Of a stretch of DNA of 33,830 bases, positions 1 to 9,600 are shown piece by piece. Source of the stretch: an uncultured Bacteroides sp. (GTDB taxonomy: Bacteria > Bacteroidota > Bacteroidia > Bacteroidales > Muribaculaceae). Each line of letters opens with the position of its first letter. Positions within the stretch are counted from its first letter, which is position 1. Both the position numbers and the translations under genes were made by a program. Below the pieces are notes generated by a model. That model searched no databases and was not told where the DNA came from. It was given only the letters and a program-made list of their open reading frames with translations. The stretch spans positions 8,417 through 42,246 of the forward strand of contig CAZKRV010000002.1 of assembly GCA_964555345.1 (NCBI GenBank), given 5' to 3'.

Positions 1-452
1 CCGCACAATATGAGAGCTGGACCGTGCCTCTGGCAGTGATCCTGTCGCTTCCCGTGGCAGGACTCGGTGCCTACCTCGGCATATGGATCTGCGGACTTGA
101 AAACAACATCTACTTCCAGATCGGCCTGGTAATGCTTGTTGGCCTGGTGGCCAAAAATGCCATTCTGATCGTAGAGTTTGCCAAAGAGGCTGTGGACCGC
201 GGCACAGACGCTGTGACCGCCGCCGTAGCCGCCGCGCGCCTGCGCTTCCGCCCGATAGTAATGACATCGCTCGCCTTTATGCTCGGCCTGGTGCCTCTGG
301 TAATCGCCACAGGTCCCGGCTCGGCAGCCCGCCGCGACATCGGCACCGGCGTATTCTTCGGTATGCTTGTGGCCATCACCGTCGGCATAGTGTTTGTTCC
401 TTTCTTCTTCGTGGCCATAGACCGCGCAAAAAACTATTTCAAAAAGAGATGA
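1..452 (+). CDS. RND (AcrB/HAE1-type) efflux permease, C-terminal fragment; the 5' end lies outside the window
   Basis: Frame 3 is open from nt 3 (AQYESWTVPLAVILS, the conserved YESW segment of RND pumps). Hydrophobic TM helices follow (LVGLVAKNAILIVEFA, FRPIVMTSLAFMLGLVPLV). The GTG at 24 in the ORF track is therefore not the true start. The stop at 450-452 overlaps the next ATG (ATGA). Confidence 0.85.
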   Translation, partial: AQYESWTVPLAVILSLPVAGLGAYLGIWICGLENNIYFQIGLVMLVGLVAKNAILIVEFAKEAVDRGTDAVTAAVAAARLRFRPIVMTSLAFMLGLVPLVIATGPGSAARRDIGTGVFFGMLVAITVGIVFVPFFFVAIDRAKNYFKKR

Positions 453-1867
453 AATCGCCACTGACCATACTCGCCGTGATCGCCCTCACCCTGGCCTCAT
501 GCTCCGGGGTAAAAAATCTGACCGGGGCACAGACCGATGATATGCCTGCGGTCTATTCCTCTGGTATCGCCACAGATGACACACTGACAATAGCCGACAT
601 AGAGTGGTGGCGATTCTACAGCGACTCCATACTCTCCGACATGATCAGCCGCACGCTGGCCAACAACCGTGATCTGCTCCGCGCCGCCGCCCGCGTAGAG
701 CAGATGAGGGCATTGGCGGGGATCAATAAATCGAATTATCTGCCACAATTGACCGCAATGGCCGGTGGCTCGCATGAAACCAACGACTACAACGGATCCG
801 GCACCACATACGATCCGGAAGCCGACCTGAAAGTGACGTTGGGCTGGGAGGCTGACCTATGGGGTTCGCTGACATGGGCGCGCCGCAAGGGAGTGGCCGA
901 TTACATGGCATCGGTGGAGGAGATGCGTGCCATGCGCATGACGCTGATTGCCGAAGTGGCCGAAGCATATTTCCGGCTGCTGGCGCTCGAAAACGAACTG
1001 ACCATCGTGAAGCAGACACTGCGCACCCGCCAGGAATCGCTGGAATGGGCGCGGATCAGGTTTGAGGGTGGACTCACGTCGGAGACCGTATATCAGCAGG
1101 CCAAGGTGGAATACTCCACCACCGCATCATTGATCCCCGACCTGGACAGACGCATCACTCTGGCTCGCAACTCCCTCTCGCTGCTCATGGGAGAATATCC
1201 CGATGAGCAAATGATACGCGGCAGATTGCCGGCCGACTACCCCATGCCACCAATGGTGAATGTGGGTGTACCCTCTCAGTTGCTCGAGCGACGTCCTGAC
1301 CTGAGAGCCGCCGAACAGCGTCTGGCATCATCCATGGCCGGAGTCGGAGTGGCCTATGCCAACCGTTTCCCCACCCTGCGCATCGGTCTCACCGCCGGAT
1401 TTGAAAACGACGGTCTGCGCCACTTCTTCGAATCACCGTTCACCTATGCAATAGGCAGCATCACAGGCACCATACTGGACTTCGGACGCAACAAGAAGAA
1501 ATATCAGGCAGCCATAGCGGCCTATGAGCAGTCACGCTATGCCTATGAGCAGAGCGTGATCCGCGCTTTCACTGAAGTGCACAACGCGATCGTCACCTAT
1601 CGCCGCGTACATGAGGCTCACGACCTGAAGATTCAGTTGCGCGACGCGGCCGGCAAGTATGTGGCTCTGGCCACTATCCAGTATAGAGCCGGCACGGTTA
1701 ACTATATCGATGTGCTTGATGCACAGCGACGCTATTTCGATGCACAGATCAGCGTGAGCAATGCTCTGCGCGACGAGTATCTAGCCTTGATAGAGCTATA
1801 CAAAACGCTTGGCGGAGGCTGGAACTATCAGTCGGCTGATGGCCCGGCAGCAAATGGATTGAGATAA
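449..1867 (+). CDS. Efflux outer-membrane factor (OMF) lipoprotein, NodT/TolC family
   Basis: 472 aa with a lipoprotein signal (LTLASCSG). It shows two TolC-type repeats with typical motifs (RPDLRAAE, YLPQL, LIELYKTLGGGW). It is translationally coupled to the upstream RND gene. Confidence 0.9.
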   Translation: MKSPLTILAVIALTLASCSGVKNLTGAQTDDMPAVYSSGIATDDTLTIADIEWWRFYSDSILSDMISRTLANNRDLLRAAARVEQMRALAGINKSNYLPQLTAMAGGSHETNDYNGSGTTYDPEADLKVTLGWEADLWGSLTWARRKGVADYMASVEEMRAMRMTLIAEVAEAYFRLLALENELTIVKQTLRTRQESLEWARIRFEGGLTSETVYQQAKVEYSTTASLIPDLDRRITLARNSLSLLMGEYPDEQMIRGRLPADYPMPPMVNVGVPSQLLERRPDLRAAEQRLASSMAGVGVAYANRFPTLRIGLTAGFENDGLRHFFESPFTYAIGSITGTILDFGRNKKKYQAAIAAYEQSRYAYEQSVIRAFTEVHNAIVTYRRVHEAHDLKIQLRDAAGKYVALATIQYRAGTVNYIDVLDAQRRYFDAQISVSNALRDEYLALIELYKTLGGGWNYQSADGPAANGLR

Positions 1868-3237
1868 AACAGGCGCGTGGTGGCACGCGTGGTGGCAGTG
1901 TAGAGCCAGCGGTAGAAGTCCATGCCTGTCAACGCTTCGGGCGGTATGGATCCGAGATCCACAACCACATTGCGCCACTGTCCGCCCTGAGCTTTGTGGC
2001 AGGTCACCGCATAGGCATATTTGACCTGAAGGGCCTGGAAATACGGATTGGTCTTCAGCGCCTTCATTCTCACTCCATGCGGAGTAGCGTCGGTAAACAG
2101 TGCCGGATCCGTGTAGACGCGCTCGAAAAGTTGTTGCTGCTGCTCGGAATTGAGCGCGGGAGCATCGGAGGTGAGGCACTCCAATATGATCTTGCAGTCT
2201 ACTTCAACCGAGGCATAAGGAAACGCAAGCCTGACATCGGCAAACCGGAAACCATAGCGGCTCTCCGTGCCGTAGATGCGGGTCACACGTGCTGTGTCGC
2301 CATTGGCTATGAAGTCGATCTCCTTGACCGTAGCAGCCCAGTGATAATTGTTTTTGGCCACAAGCAGCAGATCATCGCGACACAATTCCTCCTCACGGCC
2401 CAATATGCGCTGACGCACTGCCAGATTGAACTGCGTAGCCCTCCAGTTGGCACGCGTCACGATGATAGTTTCGTCGATGCCGTCGGCAGCATATGCCTCT
2501 GACAGGACTTCCTCAAGCTCCTCACCAGGCAGCGGCACCACATCGTAAAATCCGTTGAAACACAAGCGCGGCACCGGAAGTGGGTCCAGCTTCATTGACC
2601 TGCGTATACGCGTAGCATTGTAGAGTATGCCGCTCGAACGCGCCTGACGCACGGTGTCGGTCAGCAGCGCACGGCTCACCCTCAAGCCATATGACCGGAG
2701 CACCTCCACATTAAGCGCCGGTGATTCCTCGCAGCCCACAGGAGGGAGCTGGGCAGTGTCACCGAGAAGTATCAAGCGGCAGTTGCGCCCGGTATAGACA
2801 TAGTGGATCAAGTCCGTAAGCACATCGGTGCCGTCGGCTCCCGAACCGATCATCGAGGCTTCGTCAACGATAAAGACCGTGTTGGCATGAGGATTATCCA
2901 TCACCGCGGAGAAGGTCCGTCCCTGCGACGGGGGGCGATAGATCTTACGGTGAATGGTTGAAGCGGGGAACCCGCTATATGCGGCAAAGACCTTGGCAGC
3001 ACGTCCGGTCGGAGCCATTAACACCGAGGCTATGCCCACCTCGCGCAAAGTGCGCACAAGCGATCCGGTCAGCGACGTCTTGCCGGTGCCGGCATAGCCG
3101 CATAACACAAACACCGAATCGCTCGGGGTGGAGCGCGCGCAGAAGCGCGTCAGGGCGGCAATGACCTGCACCTGCTGGTCATTGGCCACATAGGGGAGAC
3201 TCATAAGCCACCGTTCTGCAAATTCCGCGCTCGTCAT
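1828..3237 (-). CDS. RecD-like superfamily-1 DNA helicase (exonuclease V alpha-subunit-like, AAA_30/UvrD_C_2 type)
   Basis: 469 aa. Walker A is GYAGTGKTS and Walker B is FIVDEASMI. It also has LLGDTAQLPPV and the C-terminal helicase motifs TCHKAQGGQW and LYTATTRATTRL. Confidence 0.8.
   Translation of the reverse strand: MTSAEFAERWLMSLPYVANDQQVQVIAALTRFCARSTPSDSVFVLCGYAGTGKTSLTGSLVRTLREVGIASVLMAPTGRAAKVFAAYSGFPASTIHRKIYRPPSQGRTFSAVMDNPHANTVFIVDEASMIGSGADGTDVLTDLIHYVYTGRNCRLILLGDTAQLPPVGCEESPALNVEVLRSYGLRVSRALLTDTVRQARSSGILYNATRIRRSMKLDPLPVPRLCFNGFYDVVPLPGEELEEVLSEAYAADGIDETIIVTRANWRATQFNLAVRQRILGREEELCRDDLLLVAKNNYHWAATVKEIDFIANGDTARVTRIYGTESRYGFRFADVRLAFPYASVEVDCKIILECLTSDAPALNSEQQQQLFERVYTDPALFTDATPHGVRMKALKTNPYFQALQVKYAYAVTCHKAQGGQWRNVVVDLGSIPPEALTGMDFYRWLYTATTRATTRLFYLNPFAAGPSAD
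1874..1897 (-). repeat. Perfect 12-nt tandem duplication (CGCGTGGTGGCA x2 on the + strand) inside the helicase CDS
   Basis: Nt 1874-1885 and 1886-1897 are identical, and the flanking bases differ. On the minus strand the pair encodes ATTR-ATTR within LYTATTRATTRLFYL. Confidence 0.95.
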
Positions 3238-3250
3238 TACCGCTGCTGGT

Positions 3251-3284
3251 CAAAATAAAATGAGGGACCGGGTGACCGATCCCC
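3251..3284 (-). terminator. Putative intrinsic terminator of cysS
   Basis: The minus-strand RNA reads GGGAUCGG-UCAC-CCGGUCCC, an 8-bp stem that includes one G-U pair (nt 3283-3264). It is followed by UCAUUUUAUUUUG (3263-3251) and begins ~23 nt after the cysS stop. On the plus strand the G-U position becomes a C-A mismatch, so the structure is strand-specific. Confidence 0.55.
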
Positions 3285-3306
3285 CATTATCATATTCGTT
3301 AAGGAT

Positions 3307-4776
3307 TTATTTCAGGCTCCATTCAAAGCCGTCTTTGGTGTCCTTGACCGAAAAGCCGAATTCGGCCAGACGGTTACGGATCAGGTCGCCGGTGGTCCAG
3401 TCCTTGCGTGCCTTGGCCTCGGAGCGGATCTGCAGAAGCAGATCGACTGCCTGCTGATAGGGACGCAGGTCGGCACCGTCAGCTCCGTCAGGGATAATGC
3501 CGAGTATGTCGAACAGGAACGTCTGGAACAGCTCCTTCATCGTGTCGATATCAGCCTGTGTGGCGGTGGCGTTGCCGTCGTTGACCTGATTGATCAGGCG
3601 ACACACATCGAAGAGGTGGGCAATCACGATCGGAGTGTTGAGATCGTCGTCCATTGCCTCATACATCTTCTCCTTGAAGCCGCTTACGTCAATGGTGCTC
3701 TCAGCCGAAGGCTTGAGATCAAGCAGACGCTTGTAACCCTCCATCATGCGTTTGAGCGCCTTTTCCGAAGCCTTGAGCGCCTCGTTGCTGAAATCGAGAG
3801 TCGAGCGATATTGAGCCATGAGTATGAAGAAACGGATAGTCATGGGCGAATATGGCTGATCAAGCAGCTTGTGGGTGCCGTTGAAGAACTCCTGCAGGGT
3901 GATGAAGTTGCCGTAGCTCTTGCCCATCTTCTTGCCGTCGATGGTGATCATGTTGTTATGCATCCAGTAGTGCACCGTCTCATGACCGTTATGAGCCACT
4001 GACTGAGCGATCTCACACTCATGATGAGGAAACATCAGGTCCATGCCGCCGCCATGTATGTCAAACTTCTCGCCCAGATACTTCTGGCCCATAGTGGAGC
4101 ACTCGAGGTGCCAGCCGGGGAAACCTTCGCTCCAAGGGCTGGGCCAGTGCATCAGATGCTCAGGCGAAGCCTTTTTCCATAGGGCGAAGTCCGCCGGGTG
4201 ACGCTTCTCCTCCTGTCCGTCGAGAGCGCGGGTATTGGCCAGCAGCTCATCGATGTTTCGGCCTGAGAGCTTACCGTAGTGGAAGTCGGCGTTATACTTA
4301 GGCACGTCAAAATAGACTGATCCTTCGCTCACATAGGCATAGCCGGCATCGAGGATCTTCTGCACATAGGCGATCTGCTCGATGATGTGGCCCGACGCGT
4401 GCGGTTCGATTGATGGAGGCAGCACACCGAGCTTAGCCATCGAGTCATGATAGCTGTTGAGATAGTGCTGCACCACCTCCATCGGCTCAAGCTGCTCGAT
4501 ACGTGCTTTCTTGGCTACTTTGTCTTCACCGGAGTCGGCATCGTTCTCAAGATGGCCCACATCGGTGATATTGCGCACATAGCGCACCTTGTAACCCAGG
4601 TGCATCAGGTAGCGATAGAGGATATCGAAGGTGATCGCAGGTCTGGCATGACCGAGATGGCCGTCGCCATACACTGTAGGGCCACACACATACATGCCCA
4701 CACGCCCGGGTACCAGCGGCTTGAATATTTCCTTCTGCCGGGTCAGCGAATTATAGATCTGCAGAGATTCACGCAT
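3307..4776 (-). CDS. cysS: Cysteine--tRNA ligase
   Basis: 489 aa. Class I signatures are present: [18 protein letters not shown] (HIGH region) and KMGKSYGN (KMSKS). The Cys-tRNA synthetase core is typical ([17 protein letters not shown]). Confidence 0.95.
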   Translation of the reverse strand: MRESLQIYNSLTRQKEIFKPLVPGRVGMYVCGPTVYGDGHLGHARPAITFDILYRYLMHLGYKVRYVRNITDVGHLENDADSGEDKVAKKARIEQLEPMEVVQHYLNSYHDSMAKLGVLPPSIEPHASGHIIEQIAYVQKILDAGYAYVSEGSVYFDVPKYNADFHYGKLSGRNIDELLANTRALDGQEEKRHPADFALWKKASPEHLMHWPSPWSEGFPGWHLECSTMGQKYLGEKFDIHGGGMDLMFPHHECEIAQSVAHNGHETVHYWMHNNMITIDGKKMGKSYGNFITLQEFFNGTHKLLDQPYSPMTIRFFILMAQYRSTLDFSNEALKASEKALKRMMEGYKRLLDLKPSAESTIDVSGFKEKMYEAMDDDLNTPIVIAHLFDVCRLINQVNDGNATATQADIDTMKELFQTFLFDILGIIPDGADGADLRPYQQAVDLLLQIRSEAKARKDWTTGDLIRNRLAEFGFSVKDTKDGFEWSLK

Positions 4777-4803
4777 AGGTGGTCAGGATAAAATGGCTGC
4801 GGA

Positions 4804-5127
4804 TCAGGCGTTGCCCTCCATGAAGGGGTTGGGTATGCCACCGGCGGGATTCATGCCTGCCTTGGGGACGCGGGGTTTGATCTCACCGAAGATCTGCTCA
4901 TAGCGCTGCACATTTTCAGCCAGAGCGTGGAGCAGGTTCTTGGCATTTTCAGGAGTCATGATCACTCGGGTCTGCACACGTGCCTGAGGCATATTGGGTG
5001 CTGCGGTGATGAAGTCCATGAAAAATTCGCTGCCGCTGTGGGCGATCATAGCCAGATTGCAATAGTTGCCTTTTGCTACTTCGGGAGAGAGTTCTACTTT
5101 TATTTCCTGCTGAGGTTTCTGTGCCAT
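4804..5127 (-). CDS. DUF3467 domain protein (function unknown)
   Basis: I use the internal ATG at 5127 (MAQKPQQEIKVELSPEVAKGNYCNLAMIAHSGSEFFMDF...). The 95-codon upstream extension in the ORF track overlaps the neighbouring lipoprotein gene and looks non-coding (Arg/Ser/Cys-rich). The gene lies 27 nt upstream of cysS on the same strand. Confidence 0.7.
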   Translation of the reverse strand: MAQKPQQEIKVELSPEVAKGNYCNLAMIAHSGSEFFMDFITAAPNMPQARVQTRVIMTPENAKNLLHALAENVQRYEQIFGEIKPRVPKAGMNPAGGIPNPFMEGNA

Positions 5128-5167
5128 AGTCGTGTAATGTTTTTTGTCAGTTGAGTTATTTATATTT

Positions 5168-5836
5168 TCAGTTTTCAGTCTTATTGAAGATGACTTCGTC
5201 GATGCCGCGGTTCTGGTCATTGACACACACCTTGATGCCGGTAACTCCGGGCAGATTCCAGACGGAATCAATATCCCACGAGCCATAGATGCGCTGATCG
5301 AACGGAGCCACAGGATTGTCAACTCCGCGAGCCTCCAGATAGAACACCGGACAAGCCGAGCCGAACGTGGTGCTGTCAGCCGACAACTCAAGCACCCGCT
5401 TGCCCGAGGCATACTGCATCAGGCAGTCGAGATTGATATATGGACCTGTACGCCAGATGGAGTTGACCCACACTTTTTCAGTCGACCAATCATCGGCACC
5501 TGATCCGACCACAATCCTGTTGCCATAGATCAGCGACACCGCTTTAAGCGTTATCGGTCCGCTTTCACCCGGGGAGTCTGTGGCATAGGCAACCAACAGA
5601 CGGGTGCCCCGTTCAAGGGGCTTATCCGGCACCCATTTACAGGTCAGAATGAGCATCGGCGAATCATCAATGGCATAAAATGAAAAAGTAGTCACGCCCG
5701 ACTCCGATGTTCCTTCGTAAGTCACGATATTGAACGCCACATACTTGTGGCCTTCATCCGGATCAGACGAATTACAGCCACACAGCATGGTCAGGCCCAA
5801 CGTGAGCACTGCGATCAGGTGCAAAATCAGTTTCAT
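5168..5836 (-). CDS. Putative lipoprotein, possibly NigD-like (N-terminal OB-like plus C-terminal beta-sandwich)
   Basis: The start is taken at MKLILHLIAVLTLGLTMLCGC (ATG 5836). The lipobox Cys is followed by the acidic stretch NSSDPDE, which resembles the surface-export signal reported for Bacteroidota lipoproteins. The NigD-like call rests only on layout and size and is weak. Confidence 0.55.
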   Translation of the reverse strand: MKLILHLIAVLTLGLTMLCGCNSSDPDEGHKYVAFNIVTYEGTSESGVTTFSFYAIDDSPMLILTCKWVPDKPLERGTRLLVAYATDSPGESGPITLKAVSLIYGNRIVVGSGADDWSTEKVWVNSIWRTGPYINLDCLMQYASGKRVLELSADSTTFGSACPVFYLEARGVDNPVAPFDQRIYGSWDIDSVWNLPGVTGIKVCVNDQNRGIDEVIFNKTEN

Positions 5837-5947
5837 AGTTGCGAAGTTACGAAAAATAAGACGCACTTCAAGTTAAAAAACGTAAAAACAGACTTATCTA
5901 CCCGTGACAACTATCTGTGGAACGAACGCTGATTGCGGGAATTTGTG

Positions 5948-5955
5948 TAACTTTG
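5948..5955 (+). promoter_or_regulatory. Bacteroidota-type -7 promoter box TAACTTTG (consensus TAnnTTTG)
   Basis: This is an exact consensus match. It ends 8 nt before the ATG at 5964 of the ABC ATPase gene, within the divergent intergenic region 5837-5963. Confidence 0.45.
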
Positions 5956-5963
5956 TGTCGCAG

Positions 5964-6614
5964 ATGATTGAAATTAGTGACATACATAAGAGTTTCGGAG
6001 CACTTGAGGTGCTGCGCGGTGTGAGCCTGCGCGTTGACCGGGGTGAAATCGTGTCCATCGTAGGCCCGAGCGGAGCAGGCAAGTCGACTCTATTGCAGAT
6101 AGCCGGGTCGCTTGACAGGCCTGATTCCGGCCGTGTGACCATCGAAGGAAAGGACCTGTTTGGCATGACCGACCGGCACCTGGCCGGATTCCGCAATGCG
6201 CACATCGGATTCGTTTTTCAGTTCCACAGGCTATTGCCGGAGTTCACTATGACTGAAAATGTGGCGCTACCGGCTATGATCGGCGGCGCTCCTCACCATG
6301 AGGCTATGGCGCGGGCGAGAGAGATCATCGCATATCTTGGGCTGGGCAACCGCGCAGACCATCGTCCGGGCGAGCTGTCGGGCGGCGAGTGCCAGAGGGC
6401 GGCGGTGGCGCGTGCGCTGATCAACAACCCGACGGTGATTCTGGCCGATGAACCTTCGGGGTCGCTCGACTCGCGCAACCGCGCCGAACTTCACAAACTC
6501 TTCTTCGATCTGCGACGTGACCGCGGACAGACATTCCTGATCGTGACCCACGATGAAGGATTGGCCGCCGACTCTGACCGCGTGATCCATATGGCTGACG
6601 GCCTGATAGTATAA
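5964..6614 (+). CDS. ABC transporter ATP-binding protein, LolD/MacB-type
   Basis: I use the internal ATG at 5964 ([12 protein letters not shown]...). Walker A is GPSGAGKST, the signature is LSGGECQR, Walker B is ILADEPSG, and the H-loop is [18 protein letters not shown] is typical of the LolD/MacB subgroup. Confidence 0.9.
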   Translation: MIEISDIHKSFGALEVLRGVSLRVDRGEIVSIVGPSGAGKSTLLQIAGSLDRPDSGRVTIEGKDLFGMTDRHLAGFRNAHIGFVFQFHRLLPEFTMTENVALPAMIGGAPHHEAMARAREIIAYLGLGNRADHRPGELSGGECQRAAVARALINNPTVILADEPSGSLDSRNRAELHKLFFDLRRDRGQTFLIVTHDEGLAADSDRVIHMADGLIV

Positions 6615-6625
6615 TAAACCGGCGT

Positions 6626-9600
6626 ATGGTTGCGTTACTAATGCGTATGAAAGCTCTCCATATTATAATATGTATGATACTGCTCGGACTGTGGGGCGGG
6701 AGCCAGCGCGTCATGGCGCTGCCGCCCGAAACCTATGCCGGGGAGTCGGTGCTGTCATCTGGCCGATGGGTACAGATATCAGTGGACCAGACCGGTCCGC
6801 ACCGCATCAGTGCGCGCAAATTGGCCGAATGGGGATTCCGCAATCCTAAATCCGTGAGGGTCCACGGCTATGGGGGCACGCGCCTTTCCGACGTGCTCTC
6901 ACACGACACATATACTGACGATCTGCCTCAGGTGCAGTCGGTATGTGGTACCGACGGTAGCATCACGTTTTATGCTGTCGGTCCGGTGCGCTCGCTGCTC
7001 AACACCTCCGGCAAACTCGTCCACGAGACCAATCCTTATTCCAATTTCGGATATTATTACCTGACCGAGGCTGCCGATACGGAAGCCGCAACCGTAACCA
7101 TAGGAGGCGATCCCGCCGATGCCGCCGGCTGCGCTACTTCCGGCAAAGTGTTGTTGCTACATGAAAAGGATCTTACCTCACCGGGAAATACCGGCCGCAT
7201 GCTGGTGGGCGAAGATTTTGCCTATACCCGCTCCCGATCATATGATTTCTCAACACCGGGCCGCATAGAAGGCACTCCGGTAAACGTGACCTGCGCCTTT
7301 GTGGCCGGAGGTCCGTCGGCCAGCTCCATCAGCGTGAGCATCAACGGTGAGCAGCAGCCTTATTCCAACTATGACCGCATAGCCGCGGCATCAGGAACTG
7401 AGATCTATGGCGCGCAGTGCGTGTCGACCAAGGAGTGCATTCCCGCAGGCGATGTGTCGAAGTTGCGCGTGGAGGTGACACACAACCCTGGGGGCACGGT
7501 GACGCGTGCCAATCTCGACTATCTTGAGGTGATCTACGACCGCACTCTGTCGGTGCCCCCCTCCGGCTCGATAGAGTTTTATTCCGATAGTCCTGCATTG
7601 CAGATCAGCGGCCAAAACGCCGTGGTGTGGGACGTGACAGACCCGGCCGACGTGCGATATATGGAGCTGTCGGCTTCCGGAGCATGGCAAAACCGCTATG
7701 CCACCACCGGTGCCCCGCGGCGCTATGAGGCTTTCGCATCGACAGCCACATTACCGCAACCCACATTCGTCGGCACCGTAGCCAACCAGAATCTGCACGG
7801 ACTGACCACGCCCGACATGGTCATCGTGACCCCGCGAGCTTATGCCGATGCTGCCAACCGCATCGCCGACTTCCACCGTAATGATCCTGCGGCGCCCCTC
7901 ACCGTGGAGGTAGTGGAGCTTGACAAGGTGCTTCATGAATTCGGTTCCGGAGCATTCGATCCCGGAGCAATACGCCGCTTCATGAAGATGCTCTATGACC
8001 GCGGAGGTCTCCGCTACGCACTGATGATGGGCAAGGGCACTTTCGACAACCGGTGCATCACACCCGTAGGCAAATCGATGAAATCGCCCATGCCTTTATG
8101 GATCAGCGAAGGAAGCCTGACGGAAGGCTCATCATACACCACTGACGACTATCTGGCTTTTCTGGAAGACAATTCCGGCCTGCGCCCCGGTTCCGACAAG
8201 CTGAGCGTGGCTCTGGGCCGCATACCTTGCACCTCCGTGGCCGAAGCCAATCTTGCCGCTGACAAGATTGAGCGCTACCGCACCCGCATGCCGCGTTCCG
8301 ACTGGCGCAACAGGATACTGACGCTCGCCGACGACGGCAACAGCGGCATACACATGACCCAGGCAGAATCACTATATAATAATGTGATGAAGGGCGACGG
8401 CGGTTCAAGCATGATCTTCTCCAAAGTCTACATCGATGCCTATGAGTGGCAAAACGGATCATATCCGATAGCCCGCGCCGAATTATATAATCATCTCAAC
8501 AACGGAGCAATGCTGTGGGCCTACATCGGCCACGGCTCCCCGACGGCCTTGTGCGGCGACAATATGGTCACATATCTTGATATGTCGACACAATTTTTCC
8601 TGCGCCAATGGCCATTCTGCTACGCCGCCACCTGCTCATTTCTGAAGTGGGACAGCGATTTCACATCGGCGGCAGAAATGCTATATTTTACTGACGACGG
8701 TGGCCTTATCGGGGTGATTTCGGCAGTGCGCCAGGTCTTCATTTCAGCCAACGGCGACTTTACGGCTGCGTTCGGCAACGAACTTAGCAGTCGCGATGAG
8801 CACGGTCGCTTCCGCCCGATGGGCGAAGTGTATCGCCGCTCAAAAAACCGCCTGCTCAACGATGAAAATCGCCTGCGCTTCGTCTATATGGGCGATCCGG
8901 CCCTTCACACCGTGCTGCCCGATGCCATCGTGAAGCTCGACAGCGTCAACGGCCAGGCCGTGACTCCCGAGGCTCAGGTAACACTCCCGGCCCGCGGACG
9001 TATCACCTTGAAAGGGTCAGTGCTCACTCCCACCGGCGAACCATTCACCGGATTTTCCGGCCGCATATCGGCCACGCTCTATGATGCGGAAAGATCAGTG
9101 GTGTCAATCGGCCATGGCGAAGATGGAGAGCAGGTGCCCTTCGATGTTCACGGCGATATGCTCCTGACCACAGGAGGTGCGGTGACCGACGGCACCTTCA
9201 CCGTCAACGTGCAGATGCCCTCCGACGTGGCCGACAACTTCCGCCCCGCCACCCTAAATCTCTATGCCTGCAGCGACACCGAGGAGGCGATCGGAGTGTG
9301 TCGTGACCTCTACGTCTACGGCTACGATGAAACCACCCCCGACGACGTAACTCCTCCTGTGATCCACTCGCTGGCACTCAATCACGAATCATTCTCCACA
9401 GGCGACCGCGTCAACACCACCCCGATGCTTCTGGCATCGGTCAGCGACGACAGCGGCATCAACCTGTCAAGCGCCGGCGTCGGCCACCAGATTTCGGTGA
9501 CCATTGACGGCCACACCTCGTATTCCGACGTGTCAAGCTACTTCACCCCCGATGCCGAACCTGTGGCCGGAGCCATGTCAGGCACCATAGCCTATACACT

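Noticed and set aside
1-3237. I considered whether the RND pump, OMF and RecD-like helicase form a novel functional unit or defence system.
   Set aside because: The pump and OMF form a standard tripartite-efflux operon on the plus strand. The helicase is convergent and belongs to a conserved single-gene housekeeping family in Bacteroidota. No nuclease, methylase or other partner gene is present.
1996-5503. Plus-strand ORFs lie opposite the helicase, cysS and the lipoprotein gene (1996-2502, 3616-4002, 4447-4791, 5144-5503).
   Set aside because: This is the same codon-phase antisense shadow effect: 1996-1828, 3616-3307, 4447-3307 and 5144-5168 are all multiples of 3. There are no motifs, and they overlap strongly supported genes.
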